36,876 nucleotides of DNA from an uncultured bacterium (GTDB lineage: Bacteria; Schekmanbacteria; GWA2-38-11; J061). Below the pieces are notes generated by a model that saw only the letters and a program-made list of their open reading frames with translations, was not told the origin of the DNA and did not search any database. Below are positions 9,512-19,950 of this stretch, one piece after another. The stretch is from positions 1-36,876 of the forward strand of contig CAZJVM010000024.1 in the NCBI GenBank assembly GCA_964549305.1. Reading direction: 5' to 3'. The position numbers and the translations under genes are program-made. Each line of letters opens with the position of its first letter. The first letter of the stretch is position 1.

Positions 9512-10507
9512 ATGAAATATGTAATTGTTGGCGCAGGTCCCGCCGCAGTAAGCGCGGCTAAAACTCTGGCAGGAAACGATTCCGCTTCGGAAATAGTAAT
9601 AATTTCTTCCGAGAAAAATCCTTTTTACATAAAGCCGGCTTTGGTTGAATTTATCTCCGGTGAAGTTTCCGAATCAGCTCTTTTTCACGAAAACAATATT
9701 AAGTACGAGAATGTAAAAGTTATAACCGGGAAAAGGGTAAACAGCGTGGATTCCGGTAACAATAAGGTAAAACTCTCGTCGGGTGAAGAGATTGACTACA
9801 ACTATCTTCTTGTGGCAACAGGAGCATCGTCAAGGATACCTTCGGCACTTTCCCACGCACGGGGAAACATTGATATTCTTTCCGACTGCGTAGACGCAAT
9901 GAAGATAAGGAAAAAAACTGAGACGGCAAAAAAGATTGTAATATCGGGAAACGGATATACAGGTGTGGAGCTTGCAAGAGGATTGAGGAAAAGCAACGCT
10001 GCTCTTGTATACATATCACGTGGAAAAGAAGTTATGCCGGGTTACGAAGGAGAAGTGGATAACGACGGTCTCTGCGCAAAGATTAAAGAAAACGGAATTG
10101 AGCTGATTCTCGGTGACGAGATGAGCGATGTTAACGCCATGAGCGCAGAGGTGCTCGAGGTTGTGACTAAAAACGGAAAAAACATACAGTGCAATATGGT
10201 TATTTCGTCGGACAATTATGAACCTAATGTCGATTTTTTGAATGATAGCGGCATTTCGTTGGAAAGGGGAATTGTTGTAAGTGAAGAACTGCGTTCATCG
10301 GTATCGAATATTTTTGCTGCAGGAGATGTGGCGCAGGTTTATGATATCAATAAGGATATCAATAAAATTAATTTTGGTTGGAGCAGTGCTTCGGCGCAGG
10401 GTGAACTTTGCGCGAAGAATATTCTCGGTGAGGGTTCCGTTTACATTGCCGACGAAGACAAATACTTCAGGCAGTTAATCGGAAAAAAAATAATGGATAG
10501 GTGGTAG
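9512..10507 (+). CDS. FAD-dependent pyridine nucleotide oxidoreductase (NAD(P)H:rubredoxin/ferredoxin reductase-like)
   Basis: VIVGAGPAA, LVATGA, GNGYTGVE, IFAAGDVA; lacks the redox CxxxxC motif of dihydrolipoamide dehydrogenase. Confidence 0.82.
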   Translation: MKYVIVGAGPAAVSAAKTLAGNDSASEIVIISSEKNPFYIKPALVEFISGEVSESALFHENNIKYENVKVITGKRVNSVDSGNNKVKLSSGEEIDYNYLLVATGASSRIPSALSHARGNIDILSDCVDAMKIRKKTETAKKIVISGNGYTGVELARGLRKSNAALVYISRGKEVMPGYEGEVDNDGLCAKIKENGIELILGDEMSDVNAMSAEVLEVVTKNGKNIQCNMVISSDNYEPNVDFLNDSGISLERGIVVSEELRSSVSNIFAAGDVAQVYDINKDINKINFGWSSASAQGELCAKNILGEGSVYIADEDKYFRQLIGKKIMDRW

Positions 10508-10527
10508 TTTTATAAGGAGACTAAGCT

Positions 10528-11058
10528 ATGAAAAACAAGATAGAAGCCTTGAAAATTGCATACCAGACAGAATTAGACGGGTATGACTTTTATCAGAAGT
10601 CAGCCAAAAACTGTAAAAACAGACTGGGCAAAGTAATTTTTGATTCACTTGCAAAAGAAGAACACGGGCATATAACAATGATAAAAAAAATATGGGATTC
10701 CCTTGAAAAGGATGACAATTGGCCCGAGGTTGACAAACCCGGAAAGGGCGACAAAGTTATTCATTCGGGATTTGATTCAATTTTCAAGGAAGCTCAAAAG
10801 GAAATGGATAAAAACGCGGAAGCGGATGCGGATGATATAAAGGCGATTAAGTTTGCAATGGACCTCGAGAGCAAGGGATACAAGTTTTATAAGCAGCACG
10901 AAGAGGAATCCGACAATGAGTTTGAAAAGCAATTTTATGCAAGATTGTCCGCAGAGGAGTCAAAGCACTATAAAGTCCTTGAGGAAACATTTGAATATTT
11001 ATCAAACCCCTCCGAATGGTTTTCAAAAAAGGAGAGGCCGATTTTTGAAGGTGGCTGA
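10528..11058 (+). CDS. Ferritin-like/rubrerythrin-family di-iron protein without rubredoxin domain
   Basis: Two repeats of E-x2-GYxFY...LxxEExxH; C-terminal PIFEGG; AAGGAG RBS. Confidence 0.88.
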   Translation: MKNKIEALKIAYQTELDGYDFYQKSAKNCKNRLGKVIFDSLAKEEHGHITMIKKIWDSLEKDDNWPEVDKPGKGDKVIHSGFDSIFKEAQKEMDKNAEADADDIKAIKFAMDLESKGYKFYKQHEEESDNEFEKQFYARLSAEESKHYKVLEETFEYLSNPSEWFSKKERPIFEGG

Positions 11059-11141
11059 TAAACTCCGGTTTTTATACATATTGCCTGCTTTTCCCTTATA
11101 CTTGGACAAGCAACATCCTGTCGTTTGTTTTTAAAACTGCT

Positions 11142-12131
11142 ATGAAAAAAAAAGAAGATTTTTTTGCCCGCTTCAGGGAAGAGATTGATTCTTCTAAAAG
11201 AATTATAGTTACCACTCATATGAATCCCGACGGTGACGGATTGGGTTCTGAACTTGCCCTTTGGAAACTGATTAGCAATCTGGGAAGAGATGCGATAATT
11301 TTAAACAGCGATCCTGTTCCCGGAAACTATGAGTTCCTTTCTGAGTATGCAGCTTTCAATATTTATGATGATAACTTTGAGTTGTCGGAAGATGACCTGA
11401 TTGTTGTTCTCGATATCAGCAATGTAGAACGCCTTGGAAGAATGACAGAGGCAATTTCCCGCTGCAAATCGACGAAGGTATGTATAGACCACCATGTTGC
11501 AAATTCCGGATTTGCCGATTTGAATTATATCGATTCTTCGGCAAGTTCAACAGGAGAGCTTGTTTACAGAATATCAAATTCTATGGGACTTGAACTGGAC
11601 GAGGTTTCCGCGCTTGGAATTTATACGGCAGTGCTAACCGACACGGGAGCTTTCAAATATAAAAATACTACTCCGGTTGTTCATAAGATTTGTTCCGAAA
11701 TGATAGAGAGGGGAGTTTCTCCTGACTATGTCTACGGGAGAATATACGAGCAGAAAAGTGAAGGGCGCATGCGCCTTTTAGGCGAAGTGTTGAAAAATAT
11801 TAAATCAGCCTGCTCAGGAAGAATTGTCTGGTCGGAAGTGACCCTTGAAATGAGAAGCAGGGAAAATATAAAATACGAGGAAACAGACGGATTTATAGAC
11901 CAGCTTGGTTTTATCGGGGATATTGAAATTTATCTTCTTTTTCTCGAACGTGATGACGGCAAAGTCAAGGTTAGCCTGAGGTCTAAAAACAGCTTTGATG
12001 TCAATCGTTTCGCGTCAAAATACAATGGAGGAGGGCATATACAGGCGGCGGGAATCTTGCTTGAAGAGAAACTTCAGGATGTGAAAAATAAAATTATTGC
12101 AGACCTCGAGAATGATGTTGTAAAAAAATAA
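11142..12131 (+). CDS. nrnA: DHH/DHHA1 phosphoesterase (nanoRNase/pAp phosphatase)
   Basis: HMNPDGDGLGS, IDHH, SSTGE, DTGAF, SLRS, GGGHIQAAG. Confidence 0.93.
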   Translation: MKKKEDFFARFREEIDSSKRIIVTTHMNPDGDGLGSELALWKLISNLGRDAIILNSDPVPGNYEFLSEYAAFNIYDDNFELSEDDLIVVLDISNVERLGRMTEAISRCKSTKVCIDHHVANSGFADLNYIDSSASSTGELVYRISNSMGLELDEVSALGIYTAVLTDTGAFKYKNTTPVVHKICSEMIERGVSPDYVYGRIYEQKSEGRMRLLGEVLKNIKSACSGRIVWSEVTLEMRSRENIKYEETDGFIDQLGFIGDIEIYLLFLERDDGKVKVSLRSKNSFDVNRFASKYNGGGHIQAAGILLEEKLQDVKNKIIADLENDVVKK

Positions 12132-12179
12132 CAGAAAATATTTAATATAATTTAGAATTTTTGAAATAAATTTATTTCC

Positions 12180-12214
12180 TTGACATAAATAATTAATAGT
12201 TAAAATCATTGTAA
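12180..12214 (+). promoter_or_regulatory. Candidate promoter with PerR/Fur-like 7-1-7 box
   Basis: TTGACA 12180-12185, TAAAAT 12201-12206 (15-nt spacer, non-canonical); TTAAAAT-C-ATTGTAA at 12200-12214. Confidence 0.4.
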
Positions 12215-12283
12215 GGTTTTTAAAAAAAAATTTTCCCGCAAAAGGGAAAGAAATAATTCGTATTTTTTTATATTGCTGATCAA

Positions 12284-12720
<437 letters not shown>

Positions 12721-12742
12721 ACAAGATTAAGCGAGACAAAAA

Positions 12743-12853
12743 ATGAAAAAGTGGAGATGTTCAGTTTGCGGTTATGTCCACACGGGCGAAGAGCCGCCGG
12801 AGGAATGTCCAAGGTGCGGAGCACCCGGTGATAAATTCGAGGAAGTTTCCTGA
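12743..12853 (+). CDS. Stand-alone short rubredoxin-like protein, 36 aa (absent from the ORF track)
   Basis: Translated by hand: [36 protein letters not shown]; WxCxxCGY-x9-CPxCG short-spacing Fe(Cys)4 motif as in rubrerythrin C-terminal domains. RBS is weak. Confidence 0.88.
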   Translation: MKKWRCSVCGYVHTGEEPPEECPRCGAPGDKFEEVS

Positions 12854-12893
12854 GATTTGTGTTTAGGTTTCTAATTTTGAGGAGATTGAATAA

Positions 12894-13382
12894 GTGAAGA
12901 AATCTCTTACCGCTCTTGAAGTTTTGACAATTGCCATAGAGAGGGAGAAGGAGTCCGCTTCCCTTTACAGGAAACTTGCGTCAAGAGTCAAAAATCCAAT
13001 AATCAGAAAAAGGCTGCGCGCTCTTTCAAAAGAGGAGGCAGAGCATCGGAAGATGCTTGCAGGAATATATGAGCGCGAATCGGGAGAAAAAATTTCCGGA
13101 AAGAGAACATCGCCTAAAGCAAAACCGGATATCGATGTCGACAAAGCCAAAATTACCGAAATAATAGAATACGCAATAAAGAAGGAAAAAGCCGCATTCC
13201 GTTTCTATAGAAATTACGCGAAACTTATAAAAGACCAGAGCGGAAGATTTATGTTCGAATACCTTTCCACATTTGAAAAAGCTCATCAGATAATGCTTGA
13301 GGAAGAACTTAAAATATTGAAGCGTCATCCCAAATGGGCTGAAAACGAGGATTTTTCCGGCCTTATTCACGCCGGGCCTTAA
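12894..13382 (+). CDS. Ferritin-like/rubrerythrin-family di-iron protein without rubredoxin domain
   Basis: AIEREKESASLY...EEAEH and AIKKEKAAFRFY...FEKAH; GAGGAG RBS, GTG start. Confidence 0.88.
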   Translation: MKKSLTALEVLTIAIEREKESASLYRKLASRVKNPIIRKRLRALSKEEAEHRKMLAGIYERESGEKISGKRTSPKAKPDIDVDKAKITEIIEYAIKKEKAAFRFYRNYAKLIKDQSGRFMFEYLSTFEKAHQIMLEEELKILKRHPKWAENEDFSGLIHAGP

Positions 13383-13405
13383 ACATTAAGTCATATTTTA
13401 CGGAG

Positions 13406-14389
13406 GTGATTGCCATCGATACCGTAATTGAAAGTGAAAAACTTAAGGACCTTTATTATTATCTGAAACTCACCAGGGATTTTGACGAGGAGTCGAGAAA
13501 ACTTTTCAAACAGGCCCGTTTCGGGGGAACGTATTTTTCCGGAGTGGGGCAGGAAGCGACTACAGTGGTGCCTACATTTCTTCTTGGGGAAGAGGACATA
13601 GTCGCCCCGTCGCATCGTGAGCTTGGCGCTAATATAGGGAAAAAAGTTCCTCCAAAAGTAATAATGGCGCAGATTTACGCCAGAAAGACAAGTCCTGACA
13701 AGGGTAAATCCCATCCCTGTCATTACGGTTACGCGCCTCTCAACGTAATAACTCCTGCAAGTACAGTTGCCGGACAAATCGTGCTCGGTACAGGTGCCGC
13801 TTACGGCTTCAAGCTTCTCGGAAAGAAAAACGTTGCCGTAAGTTTTTTCGGAGACGGAGCGACAAGCAGAGGATGTTTTCACGAGTCCCTGAATTTTGCG
13901 GGAGTCCATAAACTTCCAATTGTGTTTGTCTGCCAGAACAATCTTTGGGCGGAATCAGTGCCTTTGCGGCTTCAGACAGCGCTTACCGATTTGTCGGACC
14001 GCGCGAAAGCGTACGGTTTCCCCGGCGTATCCATAGACGGGAATGATGTGATGCTTGTCCTTAAAACTTGCAAGGAAGCTATAGATAAAGCCAGAGAGGG
14101 CGGCGGTCCCACATTTATTGAGTGCAGGACATACAGGTGGTACGGGCATTCCGAGATCGACCCTGCAAACTACAGGGCCCAGGAGGAAGTGGAGAAATGG
14201 AAAAAACGGGATCCGATTCCCGCTTTTGAAAAATATTTGCTCAAGAACAAACTGATAACAAAGGAAGAAATAAGCGATATTCATGAGAGGATCAGGGCAG
14301 AGATAAAGGAAGCAGTTGATTATGCTGAAAACAGCCCCTTCCCTCAGGCGGAAGAAGCCCTTGAAGACCTATACTATGAGGGGGACTGA
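13406..14389 (+). CDS. 2-oxoacid dehydrogenase E1 alpha subunit (TPP-dependent)
   Basis: GQEA, TPP motif FGDGATSRG...CQNN, IDGND, TYRWYGHS. Confidence 0.93.
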   Translation: MIAIDTVIESEKLKDLYYYLKLTRDFDEESRKLFKQARFGGTYFSGVGQEATTVVPTFLLGEEDIVAPSHRELGANIGKKVPPKVIMAQIYARKTSPDKGKSHPCHYGYAPLNVITPASTVAGQIVLGTGAAYGFKLLGKKNVAVSFFGDGATSRGCFHESLNFAGVHKLPIVFVCQNNLWAESVPLRLQTALTDLSDRAKAYGFPGVSIDGNDVMLVLKTCKEAIDKAREGGGPTFIECRTYRWYGHSEIDPANYRAQEEVEKWKKRDPIPAFEKYLLKNKLITKEEISDIHERIRAEIKEAVDYAENSPFPQAEEALEDLYYEGD

Positions 14390-14391
14390 TA

Positions 14392-15375
14392 GTGCATAAG
14401 GTATCATATATAGAAGCCATAACGGAAGCCCTTCGGGAAGAAATGGAGCGCGATGACAAGCTTTTTATGATGGGCGAGGACATTGGCGCGTACGGCGGGG
14501 TTTTCAAGGCGACGAAAGGTCTTCAGGAACAATTCGGAGAATTGCGGGTGCTTGACAGTCCCTTGTCTGAATCGCTTATTGCGGGAGCATCTATTGGAGC
14601 GACTCTTGTGGGGCTTAAAGCGGTTCCTGAAATTCAGTTTGCCGATTTTGTAACTCCCGCAATGGACCAGATTATTCAGCAGGCGGCGAAACTAAGATAC
14701 AGGTCAGGCGGGGCCTATAAGTGCCCCGTTGTTTTCAGAATATGTTGCGGTGGAGGAATAGGCGGCGGGCTTTATCATTCGCAAAGCAATGAAGCCTGGT
14801 TTGTTGACCAGCCCGGCTTGAAAGTTCTTTCTCCCGCGACTCCCTATGATGCTAAGGGTCTGCTTAAAGCGGCGATACGAGATGAAAATCCGATTATTTA
14901 TTTCGAGCACAAAAAGCTTTACCGCAGTATCAAGCAGGATATTCCCGATGATGATTTCATTGTGCCCATAGGAAAAGCCGATGTAAAACTTGAAGGAGAT
15001 AATGTAAGTATTATTACCTACAGCCTTCCGGTCAACTACGCTCTCGAAGCGGCGAAAGTTCTTGCCAAAGACGACATCAGTGTAGAAGTTATAGATTTAA
15101 GGACGCTTCTTCCAATTGACAGGGAAACCATTCTTGAGTCTGTGAAGAAAACGGGGAAAGCGCTTATTGTTCACGAAGCGAACAAAACAGGAGGTGTGGG
15201 CGGAGAATTGTCGGCAATAATTGCCGAAGAGGCCTTTGAATACCTCGATGCTCCTGTTATGAGGCTTGCGGGTCCCGACGTGCCTGCAGTGCCCTTTGCT
15301 CCTCCTATGGAAGATTTCTTCATGGTGAATCCCAAGAAAATAGAGGATGCAGTGAGAAAGCTCGCAGCATATTAA
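14392..15375 (+). CDS. 2-oxoacid dehydrogenase E1 beta subunit (branched-chain-like)
   Basis: GEDIGAYGGVF, DSPLSE, EIQFADF, GGLYHSQS, FEHKKLY, DLRTLLP. Confidence 0.94.
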   Translation: MHKVSYIEAITEALREEMERDDKLFMMGEDIGAYGGVFKATKGLQEQFGELRVLDSPLSESLIAGASIGATLVGLKAVPEIQFADFVTPAMDQIIQQAAKLRYRSGGAYKCPVVFRICCGGGIGGGLYHSQSNEAWFVDQPGLKVLSPATPYDAKGLLKAAIRDENPIIYFEHKKLYRSIKQDIPDDDFIVPIGKADVKLEGDNVSIITYSLPVNYALEAAKVLAKDDISVEVIDLRTLLPIDRETILESVKKTGKALIVHEANKTGGVGGELSAIIAEEAFEYLDAPVMRLAGPDVPAVPFAPPMEDFFMVNPKKIEDAVRKLAAY

Positions 15376-15405
15376 GTAAGACAGGTTTTAAAAGGAGATT
15401 TGAAT

Positions 15406-16692
15406 ATGCCTGTTTCCGTGATTATGCCTCAGCTCGGTGAAAGCGTTGTAGAGGGAACTATATCAAAGTGGTTTAAAGAGGAGGGAGAAAAGGTAGTTCG
15501 CGATGAACCTCTCCTTGAAATCAATACCGACAAAGTGAACATTGAAGTCCCCTGTCCTGAAAGCGGGACTCTCATCAAGATAGTAGTAAAAGAAGGCGAA
15601 ACCGTGGATGTGGGCACGAAGCTTGGAGTGATTGCCCGCGAGGGAGAAGAAATTGCCGGCGAGGAGGAAGAAAAACCGGTAGAAAGTGAAGAGGATAAAG
15701 GGGAAAAACCTTCGAAAATCCTTGAAGAACCCACTCTTGCGGCGGAAAAGGTAAAAAAGGAAATATCCGGTAAAAAGCGATATTCTCCAGTGGTAAGAAG
15801 ACTTGCCAGAGAATACGGAATCGACCCTGAAGGGATTCAGGGTACAGGCGCGGGAGGTCGTGTTACGAGAGATGACATACTTGCCTATGTGGAGAAGAAA
15901 GCGGAAGGTATAGTAGATGATGAAATCCTCGACCTCAATCCTGAATTCTGGGCGGGAGTGGTCAAAAAAGTTTCCGTTGAGAAGGGCAAAAAGGAGGAGG
16001 AAATCGTTCCCCTGTCAGCCGTAAGAAAGGCGATTGCCCGCCAGATGCTGAAAAGCAAAAAGGAAGCGCCACACGTTACCACCTGGGATGAAGCGGATAT
16101 GACGGGATGGGTCAATTTTCTCAGGAAAAGGTCTGACGAAATAAACAAGAAACACGGAATTCACCTTACCTATATGCCCTTTTTCATTAAATCGGTGGTT
16201 TTTGCGCTGAAGGAATTTCCTATTTTAAATTCATCACTCGTTAATGATGAAATCAAGGTTAAGAAGTATTATAACATAGGCATTGCCGTTTCCACGGAAA
16301 GAGGGTTAATTGTCCCTGTAATCCACTCTGCAGATAAGAAGAGCGTAAAAGAAATCGCTTTGGAACTTGAAGTGCTCGCAAGAAAAGCGAGAGGAGACAA
16401 ACTGTCGCTTCAGGATGTCCACGAAGGCACTTTTACCATAACCAACGCGGGAGGTTACGGCGCTATCGCGTCAACACCGATAATAAATTTTCCCGAAGTT
16501 GCAATACTCGGCATCCACAAAATTATGGAAAGGCCGGTTGTTGTTAACGGAGAGATTACAAAGAGATGGATGACGAATCTTTGCCTCTCCTTTGACCACA
16601 GGGTTGTTGACGGAGTTCCTGCTGTGCAGTTTCTGAAAAAAGTGAAGGAATTTCTTGAAGAACCGGAAATGTGGCTTGTTGAATTTATTTAA
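15406..16692 (+). CDS. Dihydrolipoamide acyltransferase E2 (single lipoyl domain)
   Basis: MPQLGESVVEG, lipoyl Lys in TDKV, subunit-binding domain SPVVRRLARE...GTGAGGRVT, catalytic FDHRVVDG. ATG 15406 chosen for its AGGAG spacing. Confidence 0.94.
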   Translation: MPVSVIMPQLGESVVEGTISKWFKEEGEKVVRDEPLLEINTDKVNIEVPCPESGTLIKIVVKEGETVDVGTKLGVIAREGEEIAGEEEEKPVESEEDKGEKPSKILEEPTLAAEKVKKEISGKKRYSPVVRRLAREYGIDPEGIQGTGAGGRVTRDDILAYVEKKAEGIVDDEILDLNPEFWAGVVKKVSVEKGKKEEEIVPLSAVRKAIARQMLKSKKEAPHVTTWDEADMTGWVNFLRKRSDEINKKHGIHLTYMPFFIKSVVFALKEFPILNSSLVNDEIKVKKYYNIGIAVSTERGLIVPVIHSADKKSVKEIALELEVLARKARGDKLSLQDVHEGTFTITNAGGYGAIASTPIINFPEVAILGIHKIMERPVVVNGEITKRWMTNLCLSFDHRVVDGVPAVQFLKKVKEFLEEPEMWLVEFI

Positions 16693-16718
16693 ACAGAGCG
16701 CAAAGTCCCCTAAAACTA

Positions 16719-17243
16719 ATGGCTATAATAGTTATAGATATGCTTAGGGGATTTCTTGAAAAAGGCAATCCCCTTTTTTGCGGAAGCGAATCCAGAAAGA
16801 TAATCGAACCGGTCAGAAACCTTCTCTGTGAAAGAAAAGGAAAGGAGACGTTCATTTTTCTTCGCGACGAACATAACGAAAAGGATCCGGAATTCCGCGT
16901 TTTTCCGAAGCACTGTATCAAAGGTTCGAGCGAGTGCGAAGTCATTCCCGAGTTGAAGGAATACTGGAAGGGAGGAGTCGATGTGCCTAAAACCCGTTTC
17001 AGTGGATTTTACAATTCCCCCCTTGATAGTATATTGAAGGAGAATGTAGCTTGTAATGAAATCATAACGGTTGCAGGTGTATGCACTGATATATGCGTTA
17101 TGTACACATCATCGGACCTTCGCTCAAGAGATTATGAAGTTGTTATTCCCGCAAACTGTGTAATGTCTTTTAATAAAAAGGCGCACGAATTTGCGTTAAA
17201 TCATATGGAAAAAATTTTAGGCGTAAAAATAAAATATTCCTGA
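16719..17243 (+). CDS. Isochorismatase/nicotinamidase-family cysteine hydrolase
   Basis: VIDM, DEH, FPKHC, KTRFSGF, GVCTDICV. Confidence 0.9.
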   Translation: MAIIVIDMLRGFLEKGNPLFCGSESRKIIEPVRNLLCERKGKETFIFLRDEHNEKDPEFRVFPKHCIKGSSECEVIPELKEYWKGGVDVPKTRFSGFYNSPLDSILKENVACNEIITVAGVCTDICVMYTSSDLRSRDYEVVIPANCVMSFNKKAHEFALNHMEKILGVKIKYS

Positions 17244-17255
17244 AGGAGCGGGCAT

Positions 17256-17774
17256 ATGTCAATTTCCACAGGCACCGGGGACAAAGGGACAACAAGCCTT
17301 TACAGCGGGGAAAGAGTAAAAAAATACAGTCTGAGGCCGGAAGCATACGGCACCGTGGATGAATACGGGGCTTATCTGGGCGCGGCAAAAAGTATAGCTG
17401 AAAAAGCTAAAACAAAAGAGATGTTGACTTATGTGCAGTCCACATTATTTCCTCTTTGCACTGAGCTTGCAACTGCGCCCTCAAAGCGTGATACGATTAA
17501 AAAAGCCATTTCCGAAGATGAAATTTCGCAGGTGGAATTGTGGATAAAAGAACTTGAGAAAGAGTTGAAACTGCCCCCTTCCTTCATAATGCCCGGAGAA
17601 AACCTTTCTTCCTCACTTCTTCATGTTGCAAGGACTATAATAAGGCGCGCCGAGAGGAGAATTGTGGAACTTTCGGAAAAGGAGGAGGGAGTGAGCCCGT
17701 TGCTTCTGAAATATGTCAACAGACTTTCCGACCTCACCTATCTGCTTGCACGTCTTGAAGCGGGAGGAAAATAA
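17256..17774 (+). CDS. pduO: ATP:cob(I)alamin adenosyltransferase, PduO type
   Basis: TGTGDKGTTSL, AYGTVDE, HVARTIIRRAER, YVNRLSD. Confidence 0.93.
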   Translation: MSISTGTGDKGTTSLYSGERVKKYSLRPEAYGTVDEYGAYLGAAKSIAEKAKTKEMLTYVQSTLFPLCTELATAPSKRDTIKKAISEDEISQVELWIKELEKELKLPPSFIMPGENLSSSLLHVARTIIRRAERRIVELSEKEEGVSPLLLKYVNRLSDLTYLLARLEAGGK

Positions 17775-19174
17775 TGCCTTCAAAAGATAAGGGGAAAATA
17801 AAAGGGAAAGTAAGGCAGGAGAAGGATTCTCTCGGTGAAAAGAGTATCCCCGCAACGGTTTATTACGGAATCCAAACTCATCGCGCGGTGGAAAATTTTC
17901 CGCTCAGCGATTTCAGATTTCCCATTGAGGTGATTTATGCCGTTGCGGCAGTAAAAATCGCCGCCGCAAGAGCTAACAGCGAGCTTGGCGCAATAAGTAA
18001 AAAAAGAGGCAATGCAATCATAAAGGCAGCAAAGGAAATCACTGAAGGAAAACTCGATGACGAATTTGTGATCGATGCCTATCAGGCAGGCGCAGGCACA
18101 TCCTCTCATATGAATGTTAACGAGGTAATAGCAAACAGAGCAAATGTGATTTTAGGCGGGAAAAAAGGAAAATACTCTCCTATACATCCCAATGACCATG
18201 TGAATTACGGGCAATCGACAAATGATGTAATGCCCACTGCTATGAGAATTTCCTCACACCTTCTTGCCGACGGGCTTATAAAAGAAACTGCTTTGCTGGC
18301 AAAAAGTTTCAGAAAGAAAGAAAAGGAATTTGCAAAAGTCATAAAATCCGCAAGGACACATCTTCAGGATGCCGTTCCCATGACCCTTGGGAACGAGTTC
18401 GGAGCTTATGCCGCAAATGCCGAAAGATGGAAAAGAAATATATCGGACACACTGCCTTCATTGAAGGAAGTGGGAATAGGAGGAACCGCCTCCGGAAGCG
18501 GAATAAATACCGTAAAGGGATATCTGAGGCTTGTTATAAAATATCTGAGTAAAGAAACGGGATTGCGCCTCAAGGCGTCAAAAAACCTTTTTGAGGCAAT
18601 GCAAAGCATGGCGCCCCTTTTAGAGCTTTCCGGAGTTTTAAGGAATTTTTCCGTTGACCTTACAAGAATCTGCAACGACCTTCGCCTTCTTTCATCAGGG
18701 CCTTCCACGGGATTAAAGGAAATAAACCTTCCCGAGCTTCAGCCCGGTTCATCAATAATGCCCGGCAAAGTCAATCCTGTTGCCGCGGAAGCCCTTAATA
18801 TGGTCTGTTTCCAGGTAATTGGAAACGATACGGCGATTGCTTTTGCCGGACAGGCAGGACAGCTTGAACTCAATGTAATGATGCCTCTCATTGCATTCAA
18901 TATTACCACATCGCTAAAAATTTTAAGAAACAGTATTAAGATGCTAAGGGAAAAATGTGTAGAAGGAGTAACGGCAAATCCTGAAATATGCAGAAGGTTT
19001 GCCGAAAGAAGCGCGGGAGTGGCGACGGCGCTTAACACGAGAATCGGTTATGGCAGGGCATCGGAGATTGTAAAGAGAGCTCAAAGGGAGAAAAGGCCTG
19101 TAGCCGAGATAATAAGGGAAGAGAAAGTTTTAAGCGAAAAAGAAGTTGAAGAGATTTTTTTAAAGGACAAATAG
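17774..19174 (+). CDS. Aspartate ammonia-lyase / class II fumarase family protein
   Basis: YYGIQT, QAGAGTS, HPNDHVN, QSTND, RTHLQDA, GSSIMPGKVNP, GQLELNV. AspA versus FumC cannot be decided by eye. Confidence 0.88.
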   Translation: MPSKDKGKIKGKVRQEKDSLGEKSIPATVYYGIQTHRAVENFPLSDFRFPIEVIYAVAAVKIAAARANSELGAISKKRGNAIIKAAKEITEGKLDDEFVIDAYQAGAGTSSHMNVNEVIANRANVILGGKKGKYSPIHPNDHVNYGQSTNDVMPTAMRISSHLLADGLIKETALLAKSFRKKEKEFAKVIKSARTHLQDAVPMTLGNEFGAYAANAERWKRNISDTLPSLKEVGIGGTASGSGINTVKGYLRLVIKYLSKETGLRLKASKNLFEAMQSMAPLLELSGVLRNFSVDLTRICNDLRLLSSGPSTGLKEINLPELQPGSSIMPGKVNPVAAEALNMVCFQVIGNDTAIAFAGQAGQLELNVMMPLIAFNITTSLKILRNSIKMLREKCVEGVTANPEICRRFAERSAGVATALNTRIGYGRASEIVKRAQREKRPVAEIIREEKVLSEKEVEEIFLKDK

Positions 19175-19175
19175 C

Positions 19176-19922
19176 TTGATGAAGGATACAGCGCTAAAAG
19201 GCAGGAAAGCGGTCATTACGGGAGGTGCCCGGAATATGGGCAGAATTATTTCTCTCGAGCTTGCACGCCTCGGCGCAGATGTTGCTGTCGGATATCATAC
19301 CTCCTTCAGGGAGGCCGAAGCGACAGTTAAAGAAATTCAGACTTTCGGCGTTAAGGCGATTTCTCTCAAGGTTGACATAAGAAAGACTTCAGAGGCTGAA
19401 AATTTTATTGAATCTGCTGCGCGCGGATTGGGAGCAATAGATTTTTTGGTAAATAATGCCGGTTTTTTCCAATCCGCTGATATTGATAAAACGGACAGGA
19501 AGATGTGGTTTGACGCACTTGCAACAAATCTGACAGGTCCTTTTTTCTGCTCGCAGGCTGCGGCGCGCCATATGAAAGCACAGGGAGGCGGGAAGATAGT
19601 TAATATCGCATCTCTCGGCGGGATGAGACCGTGGCCTCGCTCGGTCGCTTATTGCTCCTCAAAAGCAGGATTGATAATGCTTACGCGCTGTCTTGCCGTT
19701 GCCCTTGCGCCTGAAATTCAAGTCAATGCAATCGCGCCGGGAATGATAACTCTTCCCGATAATTACAGCGATGACATAAGGGAGAGAATCGTAAAAAGGA
19801 TTCCTCTTAAGAAAACAGGAAAGTTTGAGGATATCGCGAAGGCGGTATCCTATCTTTTTACCGCTTCTGATTTCATTACGGGGGAAGTCATTGCAGTTGA
19901 CGGCGGACAGAACCTGAGGTAA
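19176..19922 (+). CDS. Short-chain dehydrogenase/reductase (FabG/pteridine reductase-like)
   Basis: TGGARNMG, LVNNAG, YCSSK, VNAIAPG, ITGEVIAVDGG. Confidence 0.9.
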   Translation: MMKDTALKGRKAVITGGARNMGRIISLELARLGADVAVGYHTSFREAEATVKEIQTFGVKAISLKVDIRKTSEAENFIESAARGLGAIDFLVNNAGFFQSADIDKTDRKMWFDALATNLTGPFFCSQAAARHMKAQGGGKIVNIASLGGMRPWPRSVAYCSSKAGLIMLTRCLAVALAPEIQVNAIAPGMITLPDNYSDDIRERIVKRIPLKKTGKFEDIAKAVSYLFTASDFITGEVIAVDGGQNLR

Positions 19923-19950
19923 TTATTAATTTTAAAAAGGGGGATAAGCT

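Noticed and set aside
9512-10507. Flavoprotein as the missing E3 (lpdA)
   Set aside because: No GGxCxxxGCxP redox disulfide, no C-terminal interface domain with HPTxxE, and too short.
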